From Octopus sinensis (taxonomy: Eukaryota): DNA of 64,000 nt. This document shows, one piece after another, positions 24,266-38,216 of this stretch; the first letter of the stretch is position 1, and each line of letters opens with the position of its first letter. The DNA lies in contig NC_042999.1 of NCBI RefSeq assembly GCF_006345805.1, positions 155,558,001 through 155,622,000 of the forward strand, given 5' to 3'. The position numbers were made by a program, and so were the translations under genes. The notes under the pieces are model-generated. The model was given only the letters and a program-made list of their open reading frames with translations. It did no database searches and was not told the DNA's origin.

Positions 24266-24918
24266 GAACACACACACACACACACACACATATTTCTTTA
24301 TTGCCCACAGGAGGCTAAACAGGAACAGACAAAGGGATTAAGTTGATTACATTGACCCCAGTGCATAATTGGTACTTATTTAATCGACCCCAAAAAGGAT
24401 GAAAGGCAGAGTCGAATTCGGTGGAATCTGAACTCAGAATGTAATGGCAGGCGAAATACCGCTAAGCATTTTACCTGGCATGCTAATGATTCACTCAACA
24501 TGCAGGAATTGAACACCTGTTTTGTATATCTTTATCTACCTCTGAAGAGATTCGACTTCCAAATAATTTAAAATTTTAATTAATTAATTTTCTGAAGGTC
24601 CAAATTGAAACAGATGTAAGGGATGTTGGGGTGGGGTGGGAAACAGAGACACACAGGTACATATATATACATCACTATCTATACCTATTATCCCACCTGA
24701 ACCATCTCTATCTAAGATACCTGTGCTTGTTCTCTGTTATACTTTTAACCTCTCAACTCCTGGCATGAAACCTCACCCATCTTAAGTATTAGTTGCTTAG
24801 TTGAAGGGTGGGGCCCTTTTCATTTTTCTTTTTTTCTCATCTTGCAAGTTACCTAACAGCCTAACAATGGTGCCAGTGGCATGAAAAACGTACCCAGTGC
24901 ATACTGTAAAGTGGTTGT

Positions 24919-26040
24919 TGTTAGTATAAAAATAGGATCACATACGGTCGTATCGTATAGGGAATACAATCGCACGCGATCCCATTCTTAATGAGATATT
25001 ACAGACCATATAATACATGCAGCGGCGATAGCACACAAGTGTCATGACAACAAGATTTCTTTTTGAATTATATACATTATTTATTTTACATATTTTACAA
25101 TCCTGTTGGTTGGAAGTTTGTAAGTGTTCCATGTTTGTGTCTGTGTGTTCGTGAGGCATAAAAGGTACTGACCAGAGTAATAACAATGGAATTTGGTTCA
25201 CAGTTCATGTTGTTGGTATCAGCCTAGCAACAGGTAGTAGCAGATGGCTTAAGGTAGTTCTTAGAATAACTAGAACTCAAGGACAGATAATTGATTTACC
25301 GTTTATGAGGTACACGGAGGGTAAGAGTTCTATATCAAGATGTTGCGTCTCGTAGTTGAGATTAATTGAATCACTTGTTGTGTTTTATCTTTCTCTTGAT
25401 ATGAATATACTTCCAGATATATTAACTGTAGCCGTTTTTCCCGTGGTGATATTTTCACCTAACCTCTATAGTTGAATCTGTAGTTGTCTTGTGTACGAAT
25501 TAAATCTTCGATGTTTGGCGATGAGTTGTGTCTGTCGCTTGGTTTTTGCTGTGTCTTCATCATATATTCTGCTTGGTTATTTTTCTCTTGATATAATGGT
25601 GGTCGCCTGCCTTTCGAACTGGAACATGGTCGAGTATGCTCTGTGTGGTCAGAGGTTCGCCCTGAGAAGGACTTGAACCAAAGACGAACTCTGTGGTCAG
25701 AGGTTAGTCCTGAAAAGAACTAAAGACCTAAGACGGATATTTGTCTGAGAACACTTCTTTTATAAGGTTTATGTGGCTCAAAACTAACTTCAGAAATGGA
25801 AAGCTGTGATTGGCTGCTTGGAACAATGGCGCGAAAATAAGCGGAGGCAAATCGCGTCACGTGACAACCAGCGGTGCGAACGTAGTAGAGACCACGTGTC
25901 AGCCAATCGAATTAGTGTTTACAACAATGTTAAACTAGCCGAAGATGTTTGTAATCTCGAACGAGATTATTCTTAATACTCTTCTCAAACAGTGAAGATA
26001 GCAATGAGTGTAACGATATTGCTAATATCTCTGTTGAGAT
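24919..26040 (-). mobile_element. candidate solo LTR or other unclassified CpG-rich insertion
   Basis: Interrupts an RTE-tail-like repeat; minus strand has CCAAT boxes, two CACGTG boxes, TATAAAA, later AATAAA, and ends ..ATACTAACA; no clean target-site duplication found. Confidence 0.4.
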
Positions 26041-26263
26041 CATGCCAAGACTGACACTGGAGCTAGGTGCAGCCCGGCAGCTCACTGGATTCATTTTTTT
26101 GTTTTTTGTTTAGAAATAACATAAATGTCCTGACATTTATTGAAACTGGGCATGGCTTCCCAATGGACTGTAAGCAAACAATATCATCAGGAAGCCATTG
26201 TTTACAATTAGTGGTCATCTTGATATTTCTGTGGATGGAATTTGCTGTGCTGAAGATTCATCA

Positions 26264-26265
<2 letters not shown>

Positions 26266-26323
<58 letters not shown>

Positions 26324-26346
26324 CTCTCTCTCTCTTTCTCTGTCTT

Positions 26347-26390
<44 letters not shown>

Positions 26391-26394
26391 ACTT

Positions 26395-26453
<59 letters not shown>

Positions 26454-26502
26454 TTCTCTCTCTCTCTCCTCTCTCTATCTCCCCCTCTCCCTCAAACACA
26501 CA

Positions 26503-26542
<40 letters not shown>

Positions 26543-26570
26543 ACACACACCACACACACACACACATCCT
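26266..26570. repeat. (CT)n followed by (CA)n microsatellite
   Basis: Direct reading. Confidence 0.95.
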
Positions 26571-27086
26571 ATAACATCATGTTAAGTCTGTTCCAATTCT
26601 AACAAACAATTGCAACTTTCAGTAGGTTTGCAACGGACACTTCTGATTGGCTAAAATTACATAAATTTAGAGGCTTGTAATTGTTTTTATTACTGGTTTC
26701 AAGAGAAAATGGATATGATTTCTGTCATCAGCATGCAAAAACTAAATCAACATAGAAAATTTGAAACAATTCTGGTGGTTACAAATAATTTAAAAAGGTG
26801 CAATAATTTTGAAAATAATGGAGACAATTAGGAAAATAACTCATTATTAGGTTAGTGTTAGGTGTAAATTAACAGGAAATTTTGATGGATGGTTTTAATT
26901 TAGATCAATTTAAAACAGGAAGTTTGTTTCAAAGAACCAGAGGCAGTCTGTAACAGGTTGGTATCAAAAGGGTCAAATACCACTGGTGTTTTTTTAATGT
27001 TTTATGCTAAAACCATTAGTATGAGTGTCTGTATATACAAAAAGACAAAAAAATGAAAATGAAAATCACATATGCAAACACACATT

Positions 27087-27155
<69 letters not shown>

Positions 27156-27524
27156 ATGCTTACTACTATAAATATATACAGGCAGCACCTCCGCTACCAC
27201 AACTATATCTCAGACATAAATAATCTTCTACCACTGCTACCACTATAGCCACAATAATGCAAAGATGATGGTAATATGAATTTAAGGTCAGCTATACATA
27301 AAAAACAAGACAGTGTGACCTGCTACTTACCCAGATGGCAATAAACAACAGCAACAATAACAACTATAACAGCAACAAAATTGTGTGTATTTGTGTGTGT
27401 GTGTGTGGTGTGTTTGTGTATATACAAAAACAACAACAACAAAAAACAAGTACACATACATAGGCACTAACCCTAACCTTCCTACTCACAACCATAACTT
27501 ACACACAGCAGTCATTTTCACACA

Positions 27525-27598
<74 letters not shown>

Positions 27599-27950
27599 GC
27601 ACATACATACTTAAATGCATAGAAATATGGGCGGAAAAAAAAAATTGATGTTTAACTAAATGAGGTAAAATTTGAGCTGAATCACTTTGGAAAAGTGGTG
27701 GTACTTATCCAGTGAAATTCTCTTCCCTCAAGAGAACCTCTCATGGTTTTAAATAATATCAGAAACTTAGGCTTGACTATCAGCAACAACTTTTTGGTTA
27801 TCTCACCCCCATTAAAAATTCACCATTAAAAAACTGGGTTATCTCTCCACTAAAAAAATTGGGTTTATGTAGCAATAAGAGATTGGATTCTTCCCAAAGG
27901 AACAGTTTAGGTTTGCCTTCTAGGGCCCCAACTTTGAGCTGGAGCATTAC

Positions 27951-27968
27951 CTGCGGGAGGCATACAGC
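27951..27968 (-). CDS. candidate 18-nt micro-exon GCTGTATGCCTCCCGCAG
   Basis: Acceptor tttatccttcctccccgtccag and donor CAG|gtaatg; length divisible by 3 and open in all frames. Confidence 0.35.
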
Positions 27969-28031
27969 CTGGACGGGGAGGAAGGATAAACAGGCTTTAG
28001 TGCCTAAATGTTTATTGTATATTATTGTTAA

Positions 28032-28516
28032 TCTATGTATATAAAACTCAACTTGTGTGTCTGTGTGTTTAACTTCCCGGCACATTTCCTCCTAGCCAAC
28101 AAATCGTAGAACCACCAAAAATGGGTCACTTAAAGTTTAGGCGAATGAAAATTGAACTGTGCTATTTCTGTTCCGAAATTCATCTCACAAGTGCAAAAAT
28201 CCATAATGTGTTTGTTTAGGCCTTATCCCATACAGTGAATAGTGAACTTTACTCAGTCAGCTGTTTGACATGAACTGTGTTCACCACGCGTGCAAGCATG
28301 CGTAAATTGCATGAAAAATAAAAAATCAAGATATAAAAATGAATCACCGTAAACATTGTAGAAATTCGGCCATGAAAAGAATTTTCGGGATGTAGCCTGG
28401 AGGGTTTTTTCGTATTAATCGTTTGGACTTTGTGAACACATACCAATTGTTTTCATAACATTTTTAATGCTTTGAATTAAATGTGACCATTTTGCAAAGC
28501 TGGGCAATACTGCTAG
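28032..28516 (+). mobile_element. non-autonomous Helitron
   Basis: A|TCTATGTATATAAAA.. start and ..GGGCAATACTGCTAG|T end, matching the ends of the copies at 48674 and 51615. Confidence 0.7.
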
Positions 28517-29538
28517 TTGAAAATAAAAGTAAGAGGCTTAGTGCCTCATTTTTTTTTTTTTTGAACTGTAAAAAATGGCTCGTGAATGAAATTATAAAAG
28601 ATCAATGTTCTCGGGTAAGCAGTGATCGGCGGGGGTCGCTTGTTGCCCTCATTTATCATCATTTTCATTTGTCATTTGATATAACATTATGTCTATGTCC
28701 AGCCCATAGCTTCCCTTCTAAGTAAGGCCTTTATGGACAATATAATGTGTGTGTGTGTGTGTGCATGTACACACATGTATTCTTGCCTGGACATCATGTA
28801 GTAGTTGTAAAGGAGCATTACCATCATACAGGTGTTGTCTCTAGTTTTCCATAGAAAACATGTCTGGTCATAGGGAAATATTACCTTGCTTGGAAGCAGG
28901 TGAGGGTTAGCAACAAGAAGGGCATCAAGCCATAGGAAATGTGCTCCAGTAAATGGTTGGATGGTTCGACTGGGGTCTGGGAAGCCAGGAGGCTGCACTA
29001 GGCTCCTGTCTGATCTGGCAGTGCTTCTACAGCTGGATGCCCTTCTTAACGCAAACCACTCCGTGAGTGTAGTGGGTGCTTTTTACGTCCCATGCAAATA
29101 TGGAAAACTGTTTGTTAAGTAATGAAGACGATGATAATGAACTTTTCCAGTTGGTTCTTTGTTTTGATACAAATGCACAGCATTTTATGGCAGAGTCATT
29201 GATTTTAACTTATTTTCATAAAATATACTGACATGAAAATACTGTATTACATTTGAGGAAGGTTTATTAAAGAAATTATTCAGTTTTAACTCTGACATTT
29301 CATTGAAAACCACTGACAATTTTGGCAGTTACATAGGACTTTGAAGAAATTGTAATATGATAAAATGATGCATATTGTTAAGGTCATTGTTGATGATTGC
29401 CAAAATTTGAAGTGTTAGTTGAAAGGTATATAGTTTAATGTGTGTGTGTGTGATTTAAACAAAAAACGACTGAGTTGTTTGTGGAAAGAGAAATTATTCA
29501 GGAAGTAACATGAATGTCTGTATACATATATATATATA

Positions 29539-30310
29539 CATGGTCTGATCAATAAGTATTCAGACTGTTGGTGTAGTAACGAAGCTAAAGTACAGAGAGT
29601 GAAGCCCCTTGGCACAGATTGACCTTGAACTCTGCTGTGCATACACACACTAAGTTTTAATGTTCTAGATCACTTCTGCTATTTACAGCAGTGCTAGGAA
29701 GGAAGGTGTGTAGTGTGTGATTGTCGTATTGATCATGACAGAGAAAGTTGAGCAGAGAATCTGCATCAAATTTTGCCAAAAGCTTGGCAATACCTGCTCA
29801 GAGGCCTATGCAAAGTTTTCAAAAAGTTTTTATCATTCTCGACACAATCAAGGAGCTCTTGTGCAATTGAAACCCAAGTGTCCTTTTGGTCAGCTGAAAA
29901 CAGTTTTGGCACAAACTTGGCCGACATGCGTCTCATACCCAAATCTTCAGTGATTATAGACTGAACTAAACTGTAAGTAATCTGCACAGCCTCTGATAAC
30001 TCATGGATGGTAATTTGACAATTTCACCTCACAGCTGGACACACATCTGCCATATCTTTCTCAGTTCTGCTAGTTACGAGTCTCCCAGAATGTTTGTCAT
30101 TATCGACATTTTTTTCAGCCATCTTGGAAATGTCTGAACCACTCATACTCCCCTCCATACACTTTCTGCAGCTTTGCGCAGGCCTCTGAGCAGGTATTAC
30201 CATGACAATTTCTCTGTCATGGTTAATGCAATGATCATACACTACACACCTTCCTGCCAAGCACTGCTGTAAACAGTGGAAGTGAGCTAGAATATTAAAA
30301 CTTAGTGCAC
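29539..30310. mobile_element. two mariner 5' halves in inverted orientation
   Basis: Plus: TA|CATGGTCTG TIR and MTEKVEQRICIKFCQKLG. Minus: same leader, then DDKHSGR-like, MSAKFVPKL..ELLD. Confidence 0.8.
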
Positions 30311-30465
30311 ATGCACTGTAACTTAGTGGTTTGGCAAAAGAGACTGATAGAATAAGTACTAGGTTTACAAAGAATAAGTCCTGGGAATCGATTTGTTTGA
30401 CTAAAGGCGGTGCTCCAGCATGACCACAGTCAAATGACTGAAACAAGAAAAAGAATAAAAGCATA

Positions 30466-30508
<43 letters not shown>

Positions 30509-31709
30509 GTGTGTGTTTATGTGTGTGGTTGTATGTATCATTGTCTAGATGTCACATGATGGTTGTGATTGAGAATTATCTTCATCATACAAGTGAGGCT
30601 GTTTGTTTCCTTGTCTACTGTGAAAAACATGTCCAGCTTGGAAACAGGTGAAGGTTTGCAACAGGAAGGGCATCCAGTTGTAGAAAATCTGCCTCAACAA
30701 ATTCTGTCTGGAAAAATAGACATTGAATTATGATGATGATGATGATGATGATATGTGCCAAAAGTTATCCACCACAAAATAGCCAAGATATATTAAAAAT
30801 ATATAAAAATAACATTTGTAGCAAAGCAAAAATATAGAATTTTATATTTTAATTAAATCTTATGACTCTATAAACTGAACTCTTCCTTCTCAAAATTGAA
30901 ATTTTACAACCCCCTGCTGGAACCTAGTGTCCACATTTTCCTACCCAAGGGTTTAAGATTAACATCAACCATATCGATCTCAGCAGCTGGAGAGAGCTTG
31001 TAACTGTTATGGACACTACCTTCCCCTCTTCTCCAGTTCAATTTTGCTATAAAAAATGATTTAAATACTAAATACATACATAGGTACTCTGTTCAGTTTT
31101 AACTGACTGACCTTCTTAAATTGTATATGTTTGTGAAATCATGCTGCTAAAACCAAATCCACCAGGTTATTTTTCTAAATCCAAACCAATAAATCTTGTG
31201 ATGTTGTCAACCAACCCACCTACCATATGGTTTCCAGATGATATTTATTTTAATCACCCCCACCTTACTCTAGAAATATTAGTCAGATGAGAAGAGAAAA
31301 AAAAGAGCTGAAAGGTAAGATTATGTTAATTTGTACAGAATTGTTGATATGACGAGAAGAGAAAGGGAGACGTGAGTTATTTATGATGTTTCTCTGGTAA
31401 AAGAAATAAAGCATGTCACAACCATATTATTACATGTGTGGAATATATTACGGATCAGTTACAGAACTTCATATGTATTAATAATGCTTGTTGAATTACA
31501 GAACCCTAGAGCTAGACTAAGAAAGGATTATATATACAAGCATGGGTGTGTAGTTTAGAAGTTCACTTCCCTCAACTCCCGACCATAAAGTTCAGGTTTG
31601 AACCAGTTGTACTGCATCTTAGGCAAGTGTCTCTTTTTTAACAGACAGAGCTTTGTGAATGGATTTGGTAGACGAAAACTGAAAGAAGCCAGTTTCATAC
31701 ATATGTGTA

Positions 31710-32215
31710 CTGTGCTGGGTTAACCATTAAGCAAAATAAGCATGTGCTTACGGCATCGAGGGAATGGAATTGCCACCGGAATGGCTGAAACTCCGACGTC
31801 TGGCAGCTGACTTGGCAGACACCCATAAAATTATCAACCATCTTACAAACAATAACTCTGAGCACCTTTTCAAACTCCATCTGTCTAACACCTGTGGACA
31901 TATTTACAAAGTCAGAAAACAGCACAGCTCCCATGACTTTCGGAAACATTTTTTCACACTAAGAGTTGCTGAAGTATGGAACAAACTGCCGGCATCAGTT
32001 GTTAGTTGTCTGAGCACTGCATCCTTCAAAACTTCCATGCTTTCTGAGATTCGCCAACACTACACCTGAGTTTCTCCCCTCCATACACACGCAAGCATGT
32101 ATCTGACTCATACACTGTTCACTTTCCAGACATTTGTACATTACTGCATATGCTTTATACACACTTTTGACAAGTTGTGGTGCACCTGAGCACTATATAC
32201 AATAATTTCATTATT
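31710..32215 (+). mobile_element. CR1-clade LINE 3' fragment
   Basis: LKLRRLAADL..TCGHIYKVRK..RKHFFTLRVAEVWNKLPASVV..FK, then 3'UTR and a short ATT tail. Confidence 0.85.
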
Positions 32216-32471
32216 CATATTCAAATCACTTGAAACTTGCTAAAATAATATTAGATGTGGTTTATACGATCAGAAATATATTTCAAAGTGTTCATGGTCT
32301 CATAATGAGCATTTGATCAAATTACTTAAATAAAGTAAGAGAAAAAATTTCAAATATAAATAAAGTGGAAGTATACAAAAATAATCATTATTTTCCATTT
32401 TTCTTTTAGTCTTGTTTCATTTTGAAAAATGTATTGTCAAGTGATGATGGAGGAACATATATATATATATA

Positions 32472-32588
<117 letters not shown>

Positions 32589-34193
32589 CTATACACACAT
32601 ACACATACATACACACAGGTACAGGCATGATTGTGTGGTAAGAAACTTGCTTTCCAATTACATGGCTCTATGTTCAGTCCCATTGTGTGGCACCTTGGGC
32701 AAGTGTCTTCTATTATAGTCTCAGGCTAACCAAAGCCTTGTGAGTGAATTTGGCAAATGGAAACTGAAAGAAACCTGTCATAGGGCTGCTGACTGGCTCT
32801 CATGCCGATGGTACGTAAAAATAGCACCATTCAAGCGTGGTTGTTGCCAGTGCCACTGGACTGGCTCCTGTGTAGGTGGGACATAAAAAGCACTATTTGA
32901 CCACGGTGTATGCCAGTACCACTTGACTGGCCCTCGTGCCAGTGGCATATAAAAGCACCCACTACACTCTCGGAGTGATTGGCTTTAGGAAGGGCATCCA
33001 GCTGTAGAAACTTTGCCAGATCAGATTGGAGACTGGTGCAGCCTTCTGGCTCGCCAGCCCTCAGTCAAACCGTCCAACCCATGACAGCATGGAAAGCAAA
33101 CGTTAAACGATGATGATGATGACACACATTAGTGTACACGTGTTCCCCCCCCCCCACTTGACAACCAGTGTTGGTGTGTTTACATCCCTGTAACTCAGCA
33201 GTTTGGCAAAAGACACTGATATAATAAGTACCTGGCTTAAAATAGAAGCATTGAGGTCGATTCATTTGACTGAAAATTCTTCAAAGTGGTGCCCCAGCAT
33301 AGCGGCAGACCGGTGACTGAGCCAAGTAAAAAAGTCAGGGATATCTCTGGAATACTCAACCACTTCACATGTGAAGTGTATTAGGTGATCATTCAGTTGA
33401 TTTAAACACTTAGATGTGGAAATTGATATGAGAGTCTATCAGCATACATGTGAGTGTGTGTGTGTGTGTATGTGTGTGTGTGTGTACATATATACCTTAT
33501 TTTAGTCATTAGACTGTGTCCATGCTGTAGCACTGCTTTGAAGCATTTTGGTTAAATGAATCGATCCCAGTACTTTTAAAACCTGATACTTATATTATTG
33601 GTGTGCTTTGCTGAACTGTTAAGGGGACATAAATATACCAACACCGGTTGTCAAGCATTGGGCAACTGGGACTAACACAGACACAAAAGCACATACGTGT
33701 GTATGTGTGTGTATATATATATATATATATTATATATATATATATATATCATCATCATCGCTTAATGTCCATCTTCTATACATGCACGAGTAAGACGGTT
33801 GACAGGAGCTGGACAAGTAGAAAAACTACCCTAGGCTACTGTGTCTGTTTTGGCAGGGATTTTATGGCTGGATGCCCTTCCTGACACCAACCACTCTGCA
33901 GTGTGGACTCAGCGCTTTTTACCTAGCACAGGTGAAGTTAGTTTTGGCAAGATTTTTACAGCTGGATGTCCTTCCAGATGCCAACCACGTAACAGTGTGG
34001 ACTGGATACCTTTAAAGTGGTACCTCAATGCTTATATATATATATAAAGACACATATGCACATATGACAGATTTCTTTCAATTTCTGTTTACCAAATTCA
34101 CTCACCAGGTTTTGATCAGCCCAAGGCACTTGCCCGAGGTACCACACAGTGGGACTGAACTCAGAACCTTGTGGTTCAGAAAGCCACACCTGC

Positions 34194-34228
<35 letters not shown>

Positions 34229-34229
34229 A

Positions 34230-34314
<85 letters not shown>

Positions 34315-35101
34315 CTATTGATATATATATAATTTAATATAATATATATATATCATCATTATCATCATCATCGTCATCGTTTAACGTCCGCTTTCCATGC
34401 TAGCATGGGTTGGACGATTTGACTGAGGACTGGCGAACCAGATGGCTGCACCAGGGTCCAATCTGATTTGGCAGATTTTCTACAGCTATATATATATATA
34501 TATATATATATTCAAGGTTTGTGGAAAATAAAAATACATGATGCAATCATAATATTTAAAAAATATTTTTTTATTAAGTTATTAACTATTTCAAAAAAAT
34601 ATTTAGAGTACAAAATATCACCAACCTTTGGAGAAATTTCTGCATAGTGTGTATTTTGTGTGTAAGGGCTTTCATTGTTAAAACAGGCCCAGAACACTTG
34701 TTTAAAAAGTTTAACAATGACAGGAGCAGATATGCTAAATACACACTATACGTAAACCACTTCCCCAAAGATTGGTGATATTCTATACTCTAAATAATTT
34801 TTTTTTAAATAGTTAATAACTTTAAAAGAAATCTTTCTTCAAACACACATAAACATCTGTGCATGTGTGTGTGTGTGTGTGTGTGTGTTTAATACAAGCC
34901 TGCTTGCATGCATGCATGTGTACTCTGTCTGTCAAATCCACTCATAAGGCTTTTGTCTGTCCACAGATATAGTAGAAGACACTTGCCCAAGGTGCCATGC
35001 AGTAGGACTGAACCCAAGACCACGTGGTTGGGAAGCAAACATCATAACCACATTGCCATGCCTGCACCTATATCTATATGTAACAGGTATATATGTTACT
35101 G

Positions 35102-35470
35102 TGGAGGTGCAATGGCCCAATGGTTAGGGCAGTGGACTCATGGTTGTAGGATCGCGGTTTCAATTCTCAGACTGGGTGTTGAGTGTTTACTGAGTGAAAA
35201 CACCCAAAACCCATCAAGGCTCCGGTAGGAGGTGGTGGCAACCCTGCTGTACTCTTTCACCACAACTTTCTCTCACTCTTTCTTCCTGTTTCTGCTGTAC
35301 CTGTATTTGAAAGGGGCCAGCCTTGTCACACCCTGTCACACTGAATCTCCTCGAGAACTACATTAAGGGTACATGTGTCTGCGGAGTGCTCAGCCACTTT
35401 CACATTAATTTCACGAGCAGGCTGTTCCGTTGATCAGATCAACTGGAATCCTCATCATCATAACCGAATA
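35102..35470 (+). mobile_element. SINE family D
   Basis: GGAGGTGCAATGGCCCAATGGTTAGG..GGTTTCAATTC head. Confidence 0.8.
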
Positions 35471-35599
35471 TGTTACTGATAGATGCAACAGATGCTGTGG
35501 TTACTAGTATTGAGAGCTGATTAGTTAAAGTATCATGGGACAATGTGATATGCAGCAAATGAATCAATAGAAGCAAAGAAGTAAATTCTTACTACGAAA

Positions 35600-36010
35600 G
35601 ATGGCGAGCTGGCAGAGACGTTAGCACGCCGGGCGAAATACTTAGCGGTATTTCATCTGCCACTATGTTCTGAGTTCAAATTCCGCCAAGGTCTACTTTG
35701 CCTTTCATCCTTTCGGGGTCGATAAATTAAGGACCAGTTACGCATTGGGGTTGATATAATCAACTTAATCCATTTGTCTGTCCTTGTTTGTCCTCTTTGT
35801 GTTTAGCCCTTTGTGGGTAGTAAAGAAATGGGTATTTCGTTTGCCATTACGTTCTGAGTTCAAATTCTGCTTAGGTCGACTTTGGATGTCATCCTTTCGG
35901 GGTCGATAAATTAAGTACCAGTTACACACTGGAGTCAATATAATCGACTTAATCCCTTTTTCTGTCCTTGTTTGTTCCATCTATGTTTAGCCCCTTGTGG
36001 ACAATTAAGA
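35600..36010 (+). mobile_element. tandem pair of SINE family C copies
   Basis: Body TTCTGAGTTCAAATTC..GGGGTCGATAAATTAAG.ACCAGTTAC repeated twice. Confidence 0.8.
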
Positions 36011-36555
36011 TATTTAGAAGTAAATTCTCACAGACTTCATTTATTTTTCACAATGTGACACACAAGAGACAGCATAGAGAGGCTGTAGTAGTTGACTGTT
36101 TTACGGTGTAAGAGATTGAGGGTAATGACTTGCACAACTTTTCACTGGAATCCAATCCCTTTCCCTCACGAGATATTGACCAACACAAGCCCAAACTCAC
36201 ATGACAGTCACATTTCAACAGCCCAGCGAGATCCTCAAATGTCATGGCCACTCTACTTGTATTTCCTTTAGACACCTATAAATTTTAATTCAGTCTTCAG
36301 CTATATATAAATACTTGTTAGTCAATGGAAAAGGCGGCAAAAAGCTGGCAGAATTGTTAGCATACCAGGCAAAAAAGTGATATTTCATCCCTCTTTGTGT
36401 TCTGATATCAAATTCTGCTGAGGTTGATGTTGTTTTTCATCCTTTCCAGGTGGATAAATTAAGTACCAGTTGCATACTGAGGTTGATGTAATCGACTTAA
36501 ACCCTCCCCCGAGCTTCCTGGCCTTGTGCCAAAATTCAAAGCAGTTATTATTATT

Positions 36556-36905
36556 ATTATTGAGTAAGAGAACAATGCATGCCATCAAAATGACACCTGG
36601 GTACAAATATACAAAGTCTAATATACCCATCATGACTACGTGTCTGATAAGAGTACATCAGGCACATGAATCACAACCATATGTGCATGATAAACAAGTG
36701 CATGACCTTGTAGGTGGGGCCTAGTTGAAATTTTCTTCAGGTTGAGTAGCCCATCCCACTCAAAAGGTCCCTGAATAAGGGTTGTTTAAGGATGCTGAAC
36801 AAAACATCCATGTTTCTCGATATGTATTATTCAAGCTCCAAAGAATTCTTCTTAATACATGGCTATGGTGCTCCCCTAGTATTTCTGCTCGTGATGAGAG
36901 ATGCA
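36556..36905. repeat. probable interspersed repeat of unknown class adjoining a (TTA)n tract
   Basis: Abrupt higher-complexity block starting at a TTA microsatellite; recalled as a recurrent Octopus repeat but single-copy in this window. Confidence 0.4.
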
Positions 36906-37897
36906 CATATTGTTATATCTTTTAATGTTGTGGTGCGTTTCCCTTTGATCGATATAAATCCCACCTGTTTCGTGTGTTGTATCTTGTTCTTTGATATTAT
37001 CCTCCATGACTTGATATCTTTTCCATTGATATTATCTTCCATGACTTGGGCCCTTATACCAATAAAAGAAATTGTTGTTGTCATCGTCATCGGCGTCAGC
37101 GTTGGCATCGGTGTAAGTAAGTGTCGTCATTATTATTATTAAGGTGGCGAGCAAAATGCTAAGCATCTTTACAAAATGCTTTACAAGATGCTGCTAAGCA
37201 TTTTGCCCATCTTTACATTCTGTGTTCAAATTCCGCCGAGGTTGACTTTACCTTTCATATAATTGACTTGCCTCTTCCTCCAAAATTTCAGGCCTTGTGC
37301 CTTTAGTAGAAAAGACTATTATTATTATTAACATTTTTGAAGTAGTGAGCTAGCAGAACCATTAGCACACCAGGCAAAGAGCTTGGTAGCATTTTATTTG
37401 TCTTCATGCTCTGAGTTCAAATATCACTGAGGTTGACTTTGCATTTCATCATTTTGGGGTCGATAAGATAGGTACCAGTTACGCACTGGAGATCAATGTA
37501 ATTGGCTTATCCCCTCCCCCAAAATTGCTGGCCTTGCGCCAAAATTTGAAACCAATTAAGGGAAAATAGAAACTCTTGTTTGTATGAATAAATCCACATT
37601 TATTTTCTTATATTCTCTGAAATAGTTAACTGCCTTTTTGTTTTTTGTTTTTTATCCCTTCACCCTTTTCTTTTTTTCCCTCTCTGATATTGTTATCGAC
37701 ACCATATGCTATGTTATTCTGTGGAATGTTTTAACTATTTCATGGTATATGTTTACATATCTGATGAACCATGCAAAAAAAAAAAAAGAAAAAAAGGAAC
37801 TCGGAAGCATAAAGAGTTGATTATAAAAACGAAAGACATTCAGAAAGCAATAACAACAACAATAACAACAACACTGCTTAAATTTTTACACTTTCTC

Positions 37898-37951
<54 letters not shown>

Positions 37952-38046
37952 ATGACTGTATGTACATGTTTGTGTCTATGTATGTATAGTGCTTTGTAAT
38001 TTTAAGGAGAAAATGCTTAGTCATATTGAAAACAGTATTGTGTGTA

Positions 38047-38155
<109 letters not shown>

Positions 38156-38180
38156 GCACACACACACAAGCATGCATATA

Positions 38181-38216
<36 letters not shown>

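Noticed and set aside
27329-27361. 33-nt minus exon-like LLLLLLFIAIW with a gtaagt donor
   Set aside because: Mostly a degenerate (TTG)n microsatellite; hydrophobicity is a compositional artefact
36963-37050. Minus exon-like segment QVMEDNINGKDI with good splice sites
   Set aside because: Contains a 35-bp internal duplication that is out of frame with itself, arguing against coding constraint
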